A DNA stretch of 64,000 nucleotides. Source: an uncultured delta proteobacterium. Lineage in GTDB: Bacteria > Desulfobacterota > Binatia > UBA9968. Made by a program: the position numbers and the translations under genes. Within the stretch, counting starts at the first letter, position 1, and each line of letters opens with the position of its first letter. The DNA lies in the NCBI GenBank assembly GCA_963727625.1, contig CAVSHR010000002.1, forward strand, positions 736,001 through 800,000, read 5' to 3'. The notes beneath the pieces are model-generated. The model was not told the DNA's origin, made no database searches, and saw only the letters and a list, made by a program, of their open reading frames with translations. Below, one piece after another: positions 20,120 through 28,499 of the stretch.

Positions 20120-21145
20120 ATGACGAGTCCGGCAAGACTAAGCGTAGATATGGAAAAGCGCACTTCAAAGACCTTGGAGATCGAGCTCCCGTTCGAGTTC
20201 GAGGGGATAATTGCCGTGGGTTTGCCGATGCTTGCGGTGATCCGGCGGATTATCGAAGCGGCGGGGGTGGACATCCCGGTGTTGATCACGGGGGAGACCG
20301 GAACCGGGAAAGATCTGATCGCCGCGGCGATCCACAAGCGCAGCCTGCGCAAGGACAAGCCGTATATACCGGTCAATACCGGAGCGATGGCGCCGGAGCT
20401 GATCGCGAGCGAGATTTTCGGACACGAGCGGGGCTCGTTTACCGGAGCGCAAGAAGCGCGGGCGGGGATCTTCGAGCAAGCCGACGGCGGCACGGTGTTT
20501 TTGGATGAAATCGCCACGATGGACGAGAAGACGCAGGTAAGCTTGCTGCGGGTGTTGGAGGAGAAGGCGTTTCGGCGAGTGGGGGGGATCAAGAAGATCG
20601 GGGCCGATGTACGGATCATCGCGGCGACCAACGAGAATCTGGAGCGCAACGTAACGGAGAAGCGGTTTCGGGAGGATCTATTTTATCGGCTCAATGTGTT
20701 TCACATCAACGTGCCGCCGTTGCGCGAGCGGCCTGGAGCGATCACGGTATTGACGGATCATTTTTTATCGCATTTTTCGACGGTGTACGGGAAAGATGTG
20801 GAGCGGGTCTCGCCGGAGACTTACCGGTTGTTGCGTCGCTATCCATGGCCGGGCAACGTGCGCGAGCTCAAGAACGTGATTCAGACCGCGTTGCTGATGA
20901 TCGAAGGCAAGGAACTCAAACCCGAGTTCATCCCGGAAAGGATTAGCAATGCGCTCGCCGGCGGCGAGGGAGGCGATGAACCGACCTGCTCATTTCGTGT
21001 CGGCACATCATTAGACGCGGTTGAAAAAGAAGTGATTCGCATGACTCTCATTCACGGCGGCGGCAACAAGAAGTTGGCGGCGAGCATTCTCGGTATCAGC
21101 CGGCGCGCTCTCTACAACAAGATTAAGAAGCATAAATTGCAGTAG
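20120..21145 (+). CDS. sigma54-dependent transcriptional activator (bEBP) lacking an N-terminal regulatory domain
   Basis: Same AAA+ motifs and HTH (NKKLAASILGISRRALYNKIK). An in-frame stop at 20093 excludes a longer N-terminus. Confidence 0.9.
   Translation: MTSPARLSVDMEKRTSKTLEIELPFEFEGIIAVGLPMLAVIRRIIEAAGVDIPVLITGETGTGKDLIAAAIHKRSLRKDKPYIPVNTGAMAPELIASEIFGHERGSFTGAQEARAGIFEQADGGTVFLDEIATMDEKTQVSLLRVLEEKAFRRVGGIKKIGADVRIIAATNENLERNVTEKRFREDLFYRLNVFHINVPPLRERPGAITVLTDHFLSHFSTVYGKDVERVSPETYRLLRRYPWPGNVRELKNVIQTALLMIEGKELKPEFIPERISNALAGGEGGDEPTCSFRVGTSLDAVEKEVIRMTLIHGGGNKKLAASILGISRRALYNKIKKHKLQ
20234..20934 (+). repeat. 701-bp direct repeat, copy 2 (AAA+ core of bEBP2)
   Basis: Appears identical to 18530-19230 (offset 1704 bp). 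Confidence 0.9.
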
Positions 21146-21240
21146 TGTACATATCGTGCTCACTTCAGTTAAACGGCAATTTCGTTAACCCGCTAGAAAT
21201 CCAGCTATTTCTTCTCTTATGGAATTTGACCGTTAAGGTC

Positions 21241-21302
21241 CGTGTGAACAAATCTCACACGACAGGCTGAGTCAAACGCCGCAGTGTGAAGATCCTTGAC
21301 CA
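21241..21302. promoter_or_regulatory. Paired putative bEBP upstream activator sites
   Basis: Perfect CGTGTGA-N7-TCACACG at 21241-21261 and a weaker GTGTGAAGATCCTTGACCA at 21284 (42-bp spacing). Confidence 0.6.
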
Positions 21303-21374
21303 AAATCCCTGAGTGCCCGCGCGGCTATCCCACCGACTACCTCTAAGCTCCCGTATCTACGGTTTTTTCCCGGG

Positions 21375-21390
21375 TGGTGTTGATCTTGCT
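21375..21390 (+). promoter_or_regulatory. sigma54 -24/-12 promoter
   Basis: TGGTGTT-GATC-TTGCT with exact GG-N10-GC spacing. Predicted start ~21401, just before the GGAGG RBS and ATG 21418. Confidence 0.6.
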
Positions 21391-21417
21391 CTTAGTCGAC
21401 GAGCGGGGAGGACAGTC

Positions 21418-21840
21418 ATGAATAAATCGACAGCATCTGATCAAACCTTTCGGGCGGGTTCCTACTTCGAGCCGGACGTTTTGACTTCGCATCAGTACTT
21501 TAAGGTTTTTCGGGAAAAATCCCATTTCATGCCCGAAGAGAAATTAATGTTCGCGGTGCTCACCGATGCCATCGAGTGTTTTCAGAAATACCTCGGGGCA
21601 TCCAGCCGGCGCTACCGAAATGTCTTTGGCGAGGCCGAGGCCTGGATTAACAACCGGGAGAGCACGTCGCCATTTTCCTTCGAGCAGATTTGCGAGGTTC
21701 TCAACATCAACCCGAACTACCTCCGGCTCGGTCTAATGCAGTGGCGCGTCACCAACGAGTCGCAAAAAGGTCCGCGCAAGCGCATCCGCGAGCCGCTACG
21801 GTATCAATATCGAGTAAAGCACAACCGCGTCAGCATTTAG
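21418..21840 (+). CDS. Uncharacterised protein (FEPD...PEEKLMFAVLTDA...PFSFEQICEVLNINP), possible helical DNA-binding protein
   Basis: GGAGG RBS; predicted helical; basic C-terminus. Resembles a hypothetical family I recall from Binatia-like genomes (unverified). Confidence 0.75.
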   Translation: MNKSTASDQTFRAGSYFEPDVLTSHQYFKVFREKSHFMPEEKLMFAVLTDAIECFQKYLGASSRRYRNVFGEAEAWINNRESTSPFSFEQICEVLNINPNYLRLGLMQWRVTNESQKGPRKRIREPLRYQYRVKHNRVSI

Positions 21841-21906
21841 CAGAGCGCAGTTTGCGGCGCGCCTTTAGGAGACAATGCAAACCGACGCCAAACTCGGAAA
21901 GTTTGC

Positions 21907-22356
21907 ATGCAAGAACAGCGCGTTCCGGCGCTAGGCGGGTCAATAGCGATGATTCCAGAAGTAAAGACAATTTCCAAAAGTGGAAAAATCATGTTGGTCG
22001 GGTCGGATCATAAGCAAATACTCGAAAGGCGCTTGCAAGCGGCCGGTTGCCGCGTGGTCAAGGTGAGCGACAACAACGCGGTGATCGATCAGGTCCGACG
22101 CGAAGTCTTCGATACGATCGTCTTGGTGTCGCGAGGCTCGTTGATCAACGACGCGGAAACGATTTTCAATCTGCGCGATCTCAACGACTCCATGGAAATC
22201 ATCATCGTCGTCGACCGGCTCGGTAAGCAAACTAATCGGTTTTTGCGCCAGCTCCTCGAACATCCGATCGAAGGCACGCGAATCGTGACGCGCCGCCAAT
22301 TGCAGAAACAGTTGCACCCGGCTACACCGGCGGCGCCACCCGGGGGCGCGTCCTAA
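21907..22356 (+). CDS. Stand-alone receiver-like (pseudo-receiver) protein
   Basis: Receiver beta/alpha pattern (KIMLVGSD...FDTIVLVS...MEIIIVVD) without the phospho-Asp. Start uncertain (21907 or 21949). Confidence 0.65.
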   Translation: MQEQRVPALGGSIAMIPEVKTISKSGKIMLVGSDHKQILERRLQAAGCRVVKVSDNNAVIDQVRREVFDTIVLVSRGSLINDAETIFNLRDLNDSMEIIIVVDRLGKQTNRFLRQLLEHPIEGTRIVTRRQLQKQLHPATPAAPPGGAS

Positions 22357-22941
22357 AAAATATGCGGCCGTCAACGGGAACGAGGAATCGATGATTCAAC
22401 GTAATTTACGATCCCGGCTCCTTCACGATTGGAAGCTTGATTTCGGGGCTTGTAGTCGTTTTGGTGAAGGTGACCTTGCCCAACTCCGGCGCAGCCTAAC
22501 GGCTGCAACTTCCCGAGGCCAAACCGGTTATCCCTGCATGAATGGGTGTTTATGTTCCGACGACCGGCGCGTCGTGGAACGCATGGGCCGATCTTATAAT
22601 AGTCGTAAATTTAACGTCGCGCGGCACCCGGGAAACATCGCAGAGCCAAAGCTTGTCGCTTTCTGCGCTTGCCGCGACCGCAGTAGCGAAAAGATCCCGC
22701 TGCGTGCATCCTGGCGGTACCTTCAGCCGCCGCTTCGGGCGAATATAATTTTGGCACGTTTCCCCCGGCAGGTCAGTCGGGTCAAGGACGTTGTTGTAAG
22801 CCAACGCAGAACCGAATTGCTGCGCGGGGATTAGGGGACGACTCGCGAGTCAATTATGACGATGGAATGTGGAATCGCTGAAGCCAGAGCTGGGGAACCG
22901 TTGTTTCGGAAACTCGAACAGGTTTGATCGCAGGAGGTTTT

Positions 22942-23964
22942 ATGCCTGGAAAGTTTTTGCCATACCGAATCGTTACAGCGTTGATCATCGCGGCGATTGG
23001 AATTCTGACCCTTTCACCCGCGCACGCCGACGAGAAGGTTCACGTGGCCTATATTTCGGACTCGCCGGGATCATCCGCTCCGTACTGGATCGCTAAAGAG
23101 GCGGGTTTTTATAAAAAAAACGGGCTGGACGCGGAGCTCATCTTCATCAATGGCAGCACACGCGGTATCCAAAGTTTAATCGCCGGCGACCTGGATTTTA
23201 CCGGCGCCGTCGGGACGTCGGCAATCAACGGCAAACTGGCGGGCGGGGATATTTTTATCATCGACAGCTTGGTTAACACCCTGCCTTATTACATTATCGG
23301 CAAGCCGGATATTAAATCGCCCGAGAACCTCAAGGGTCGAACACTCGCCACCCATATCCCAGGCACGTCCGCCGACTTTGCGGTGCGTCTGGCCCTGCGC
23401 AAATTCGGCATTGACTACAAAGACATTCAAGCCGTCATGGTCGGCGGTTCGCCGGCGCGCGTCGCGGCGGTGATCAATGGACAAACTGATTTTACGATGG
23501 TGACCGAGCCGGGCAAACTCCAAGGCGAAAATGCCGGCATGAAGGTGATTATCGATATGGCCAAGCTCAAGATTCCCTTCCAATTTAGCTGTACGGTCGC
23601 GTCGGGAAAGACGATCCGCGAACGTCCCGGAACGGTTGAGAAGATGGTCAAGGCGATGGCGAACGCGGTGCATTTTTTTAAGACCAACAAGAAAGAATCG
23701 ATCCAAATCATGGCGAAATACACCCGCGGTGCGACACCTGCTGTTCTTGAGGGTTCCTGGGCGGCGTACTCAGAGCTTCTCCAAGAGGACCTATATCCCA
23801 CTATGGAGGGGCTTCGCGACACCCTGGCTGTGCAGGCGACATGGGATCCCAAAGCCGCGAAAGCCAAGGCGGAGGATGTGGTCGATCTCCGCTTTGTTGA
23901 CAACTTAAATAAGAGCGGTTTTATCGACCGGCTCTACGGGCGCGCCCATATCAGTCATAAGTAA
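22942..23964 (+). CDS. NitT/TauT (SsuA/NMT1-like) ABC substrate-binding protein
   Basis: AGGAGG RBS; signal peptide; WIAKEAGFYKKNGLD, LKGRTLA and C-terminal SGFID. Confidence 0.9.
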   Translation: MPGKFLPYRIVTALIIAAIGILTLSPAHADEKVHVAYISDSPGSSAPYWIAKEAGFYKKNGLDAELIFINGSTRGIQSLIAGDLDFTGAVGTSAINGKLAGGDIFIIDSLVNTLPYYIIGKPDIKSPENLKGRTLATHIPGTSADFAVRLALRKFGIDYKDIQAVMVGGSPARVAAVINGQTDFTMVTEPGKLQGENAGMKVIIDMAKLKIPFQFSCTVASGKTIRERPGTVEKMVKAMANAVHFFKTNKKESIQIMAKYTRGATPAVLEGSWAAYSELLQEDLYPTMEGLRDTLAVQATWDPKAAKAKAEDVVDLRFVDNLNKSGFIDRLYGRAHISHK

Positions 23965-23996
23965 ATAGGCAGGGTAAAATAATCGAGGTTAATAAA

Positions 23997-25022
23997 ATGA
24001 ATCAAACCGTTAAATCCTTCATGGTCTTTTCCGCTGGCATATTTTTCTGTTGTCTCACGCTTGATTTGCCCGCAAGAGCGCAATCGATGTCCAAACTCAT
24101 CGAGGGGGCAAAAAGCGAAGGCAAAATGGCCTTTTTTACGACGATGACGCTGTCTCAGAGTAAGAAAGTCGTCGACAGGTTTCAAAAAAAGTACCCGTTC
24201 ATCCAACCCGAGCTGTTTCGCACCGGCGGCGATGGGTTGCTCAACAAAATAGAGACCGAGGCCCGCGGCGGCCTTCACGCCTGGGACGTCACCTCGGGGC
24301 GGGGCGACATGGTGCTTGCGCTTTCACAAAAGAAGCTGCTCGCGCCGTACCGATCGCCCGAGACCAAGATGATCGAAAAGGACTTGGTGGACGATGAGGG
24401 TTACTGGACCGCCTATTACGTCAATCCATTCGTGCTCGGTTACAACACCAATTTGGTCAAGAAGAGCGACGTACCCAAGACCTACGAAGAGCTGCTCGAT
24501 CCGAAATGGAAGGGCGGCAAGATCTCCATCGACGACTCGGCCTACGGGTTTCTCACTGGCCTAATTCGAGCGTGGGGGAAGGAAAAAGCCGTCGATTACT
24601 TCAAAAAGCTTGCGGCGCAGAAGCCATCGGTGATGCGGGGCAACACCAACCGCGTGCAGATGACGATGGCCGGCGAATATCCGCTCATCATTGCCTATGC
24701 GCCGACGATTCAGAGAGAAACCTCGAAGGGGCATCCGATGGATTGGGTGCCGCTGGAACCGGTGCCGGTGCAGGTCAATCCGGTGATGCTTTCGGCCCAC
24801 GCGCCCCACCCCAACGCCGGCAAGCTGTTCATCGATTTTCTGCTTTCCAAAGAGGGGCAAGAAATGCTCATCGGTTTTAGACGAGTTCCGGTGCGCGAAG
24901 ACGTCGATCCCAAGCCGCCGCGCTTGTTTCGCGGTTACAAACGCATCATCGAGCATCCGGAGGAATATAAGAACTTTAATCAGACAGTGAAACTTTATCA
25001 GGAGATTCTCGGAATTCGTTGA
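23997..25022 (+). CDS. Extracellular solute-binding protein (AfuA/iron(III)-like family)
   Basis: Signal peptide; GAKSEGK, YNTNLV, LLDPKWKG, APHPNAGKLFIDFLLSKEGQ. Confidence 0.88.
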   Translation: MNQTVKSFMVFSAGIFFCCLTLDLPARAQSMSKLIEGAKSEGKMAFFTTMTLSQSKKVVDRFQKKYPFIQPELFRTGGDGLLNKIETEARGGLHAWDVTSGRGDMVLALSQKKLLAPYRSPETKMIEKDLVDDEGYWTAYYVNPFVLGYNTNLVKKSDVPKTYEELLDPKWKGGKISIDDSAYGFLTGLIRAWGKEKAVDYFKKLAAQKPSVMRGNTNRVQMTMAGEYPLIIAYAPTIQRETSKGHPMDWVPLEPVPVQVNPVMLSAHAPHPNAGKLFIDFLLSKEGQEMLIGFRRVPVREDVDPKPPRLFRGYKRIIEHPEEYKNFNQTVKLYQEILGIR

Positions 25023-25072
25023 GCTTATAAGCGTAGACGCTACGGGCGTTAAAGATAAGAAAGGAGACTGAT

Positions 25073-26131
25073 ATGAGAAATAAAATCTCGGGGACGGTTT
25101 TTTGCACCGTCATGATCGCCGGTTTGATTTCGATTGGGTCTCCCAGCAACGTCGGCGCGGAAGATTTTTATCAGGGCAAAAACATCCGCTTTATTGTCGG
25201 CTACGCGCCCGGCGGCGGCTACGATACCTACACTCGCGCGATTGCACGTTATATTGGGAGATTTATTCCGGGAAACCCCAGCGCCGTCGTGGAGAACATG
25301 GAGGGAGCCGGCAGCTTGCTCGCCGCCAATTACATGTATAACAAAGCCAACGCCGACGGCTTGACGGTTGGTGACTTCAACAGCGGTATGGTGACCCAGC
25401 AAACCTTGGATTCGCGCGGAGTCCGTTTCGACGCCCGTAAGTTTGGCTGGATCGGTGCGCCTGTTAGAGGTCTGCCAACCTGCATGGTAATGGGCTTCAC
25501 GGGGCTCAGGACGCTCGCCGGGGTGATGAAATCGAGCGACAGGATTAAATTTGGCGGTACAAGAGCGGGGGCTTCATCCGATGATCTACCCAAGATTATG
25601 AATGCTCTTATGGGAACCAAGTTCAAGGTCATCTCCGGCTATAAGGGCACTGGACCGATACGGGTAGCGCTGCAGCGGAGAGAAATTGAGGGTCTCTGCT
25701 CAGGCTGGGAGTCGATGAGGGTGACGGCCAGGGCGTTACTTGATGCCAAAGGTGACGATAAATTGATCCCGTTCATCGTCCACGGCAAGTCGCAAGATGA
25801 GGAGGTGAAAGACCTGCCACAATTCACAAAAGTCATCAAAGGCGAGGAAAACCTGGCTGCGTTTAGAGCCTGGGTGAATCAATATGATTTCCAACGGCCC
25901 TTGATGGTTCCACCGAACACTCCGAAGGATCGGTTAGAGACTTTGCGCCGCGCATTGCAAAAAACTCTTTCGGATTCGGAATTCCTGGCCGAGGCGAAGA
26001 AATCCAAGATGTTGATCGACAACGTTACGGGAAAAGACATCGAGCGGTCTGTCGACGAAATGTTGTCGATCTCCCCGCAAATAAAAAAGAAGCTGGCGTT
26101 CCTCGTGCCGGCGAAAAAAGTCTCGAATTGA
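25073..26131 (+). CDS. tctC: TctC/Bug family substrate-binding protein
   Basis: DFYQGKNIRFIVGYAPGGGYD, NMEGAGS, GYKGT. Confidence 0.9.
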   Translation: MRNKISGTVFCTVMIAGLISIGSPSNVGAEDFYQGKNIRFIVGYAPGGGYDTYTRAIARYIGRFIPGNPSAVVENMEGAGSLLAANYMYNKANADGLTVGDFNSGMVTQQTLDSRGVRFDARKFGWIGAPVRGLPTCMVMGFTGLRTLAGVMKSSDRIKFGGTRAGASSDDLPKIMNALMGTKFKVISGYKGTGPIRVALQRREIEGLCSGWESMRVTARALLDAKGDDKLIPFIVHGKSQDEEVKDLPQFTKVIKGEENLAAFRAWVNQYDFQRPLMVPPNTPKDRLETLRRALQKTLSDSEFLAEAKKSKMLIDNVTGKDIERSVDEMLSISPQIKKKLAFLVPAKKVSN

Positions 26132-26320
26132 AAAACGCTGCATTTAGCGCTGGAGACTCTTTCAGGGAAGGATCAATGACAACACCGATTAAATTTTTGT
26201 GGATAAGATGGGGGCGATATTACCTGCCGTGAAAAAAACTGCAATTTTTCATGTGAAACAAGAAAATCAAGTCTTTGACGACAGAGCAGAAAGCAAAGAA
26301 CTTAAGAAAGAGGAGGTTTC

Positions 26321-27370
26321 ATGAATTACCGAAAGATAATGTTACCGGTAGCCCTCGCGGGGCTCTTAGTCGCCAGCGGTGGGCCGGCGGCGGCGGCTGA
26401 TTTTTACGCCGGCAAGACCATTCGCGTATCCGTGGGGTTTTCCGCCGGCGGGGGCTACGACACCTACGCGCGCATCGTGGCGCGCCATATGGGCAAACAT
26501 ATCCCGGGTCATCCCAGTTTCGTGGTCGAAAACATGGACGGCGCCGGCAGTCTGATTGACGCCAACTATACCTACAGCAAAGCGCCGCGCGACGGCACTT
26601 TCATCGGGGTATGGAACAGCGCCTTCGTGCTCTATCAAGCGCTGGGCGACAGAGCGGTGCGCCTCGATGCGCGCAAGTTCGGTTGGATCGGTGCGCCGAT
26701 CAAAGGTTCGCCTGCATGCAACATCATGGGCCATACGGGATTGAAGACCATGGATGAAGTGCTTAAGTCCGGCAGGGCGCTCAAGATGGGCGCGACACGC
26801 GCTGGTTCGACTTACAACGACTTGCCCAAAATTCTCAACCAGACCATCGGCACGAAGTTCGACGTAATCACCGGTTACAAGGGCACCTCGCAAATTACCG
26901 TCGGGATGCGCTCCAAGGAGCTCGACGGCGGCTGCTGGGGCTGGGAATCGATCCGTGTTGTGGCGCGGGCAATGCTCGATGCGCAGGGCGATCAGAAGCT
27001 GATCCCGATCATCGTGCACAGCAAGTGGGAAGACAAAGAGCTCGCCGGTGTACCCCTCACCCGCGACTACATCAAGGCGAAAGGTGGCAAGGATGGCGTG
27101 GAGCTGTACAACGCCTGGGTCAATCAATACGAATTCCAGCGGCCCTGGGTTGCTCCACCGAGTCTGCCAAAAGATCGCCTCGAGATCCTGCGCAAGGCCT
27201 TCAAGGATACGTTGGCCGATCCCGAGTTTGTGGCGGAGGCCAAAAAGTCCAAGCTTGTGATGGAATATGTGGGCGCGGATGAGATCAACGGCTTGGTCAA
27301 AGAGATTTTGGACATTTCGCCGAAGGCCAAGGCGGGTCTCCAGTTTCTCGTGCGAAAATCCAAAAAGTAA
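26321..27370 (+). CDS. tctC: TctC/Bug family substrate-binding protein
   Basis: DFYAGKTIRVSVGFSAGGGYD, NMDGAGS, GYKGT. Confidence 0.9.
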   Translation: MNYRKIMLPVALAGLLVASGGPAAAADFYAGKTIRVSVGFSAGGGYDTYARIVARHMGKHIPGHPSFVVENMDGAGSLIDANYTYSKAPRDGTFIGVWNSAFVLYQALGDRAVRLDARKFGWIGAPIKGSPACNIMGHTGLKTMDEVLKSGRALKMGATRAGSTYNDLPKILNQTIGTKFDVITGYKGTSQITVGMRSKELDGGCWGWESIRVVARAMLDAQGDQKLIPIIVHSKWEDKELAGVPLTRDYIKAKGGKDGVELYNAWVNQYEFQRPWVAPPSLPKDRLEILRKAFKDTLADPEFVAEAKKSKLVMEYVGADEINGLVKEILDISPKAKAGLQFLVRKSKK

Positions 27371-27428
27371 CTGGGGAGGTTTGCGACGAAGCTAAAATTA
27401 ACCAGAGTCTTTCGATAAAGGAGCAGGG

Positions 27429-28478
27429 ATGAAAGCACGACTGACAATTGCAGGGTTGCTCGGAATCGCCGGGTGCCTATTCGCCGCACAGACGACACCG
27501 GTGTTCGGCGCAGACTTCTATCAGGGTAAGACATTGCGACTGGTCGTCGGTTCTTCGCCAGGCGGCGGTTACGATACCTATACGCGGTTGATCGCGCGCC
27601 ATATCGGTCATCATATTCCGGGTGACCCTGCGACTGTGGTCGAGAACATGCCGGGAGCCGGCGGGCTGGTCTCCGCCAATTTCGCGTACAAGCGGGCTGA
27701 TCCCGATGGCCTGACGGTGGTGGTTTTCAACAATTCAAACATCGTTCAAAAGGCGTTGGGCGATCCACGGATCAATATTGCGTTCGACAAGCTCGGCTGG
27801 GTCGGCGCGCCGAGTGTCGGCGCGCCCATGTGCATGATCATGGGATTTACCGGTCTGAAGACGCTCGATGACGTTTTGAATTCCAAAAAGCCTCTCAAAA
27901 TGGGCGCCAACCGCGCCGGTACCACGGGTTACGATTTGCCGCTGATTCTCAATAAAACGATCGGTACAAAATTCGACGTGGTCAGCGGCTATACCGGGAC
28001 ATCGAAGATTCGCGTCGCTCTGCAATCCCACGAACTCGATGGATTTTGTTCGAACTGGGAATCGATGCGTGTGACGGCGCGCTCGATGCTCGATGCCAAG
28101 GGGGACAAGAAACTCATCCCCTTCCTCATCAACGCGAAGTGGGAGGATCCCGAAGTCAAGGATTTGCCATTGATCAAGGACGTGATCAAAGACCCGAAGA
28201 AATTCGCCGTCTACAAAGCCTGGGCGGATCAGATGGATTTTCAGCGCCCGCTCTCGGTGCCGCCGAAAACGCCGGACGATCGTGTGGCGATTTTGCGCAA
28301 GGCCTTTGCCGATACTTTGAAAGATCCAGCGCTGCTTGGCGAGGCAAAAAAATCGAAGCTGGTGATCACCTATGTGTCGGGCGAGCGCACCGCCGAGCTG
28401 GTGCATGAAATTCTTTCCATGCCCGATGATGCCAAGAAGAGTCTCTCGTTCCTGGTGCGGACGAAGGGCAAAAAGTGA
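27429..28478 (+). CDS. tctC: TctC/Bug family substrate-binding protein
   Basis: DFYQGKTLRLVVGSSPGGGYD, NMPGAGG, GYTGT. Confidence 0.9.
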   Translation: MKARLTIAGLLGIAGCLFAAQTTPVFGADFYQGKTLRLVVGSSPGGGYDTYTRLIARHIGHHIPGDPATVVENMPGAGGLVSANFAYKRADPDGLTVVVFNNSNIVQKALGDPRINIAFDKLGWVGAPSVGAPMCMIMGFTGLKTLDDVLNSKKPLKMGANRAGTTGYDLPLILNKTIGTKFDVVSGYTGTSKIRVALQSHELDGFCSNWESMRVTARSMLDAKGDKKLIPFLINAKWEDPEVKDLPLIKDVIKDPKKFAVYKAWADQMDFQRPLSVPPKTPDDRVAILRKAFADTLKDPALLGEAKKSKLVITYVSGERTAELVHEILSMPDDAKKSLSFLVRTKGKK

Positions 28479-28499
28479 GAAGAAAACCTTAAGGGAGAA

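Noticed and set aside
18530-20934. 701-bp repeats as ends of a composite transposon
   Set aside because: Both copies are in-frame bEBP coding sequence, with no transposase or terminal inverted repeats.
21243-21259. TGTGA...TCACA read as a CRP site
   Set aside because: The spacer is 7 nt, not the 6 nt of the CRP consensus; position fits a bEBP UAS better.
22751-22768. TTGGCACG, resembling a -24 element
   Set aside because: No GC at the -12 position.
22391-22900. 147-aa ORF and small hairpins in a 550-bp gap; riboswitch considered
   Set aside because: No protein motif, and no riboswitch consensus I can match.
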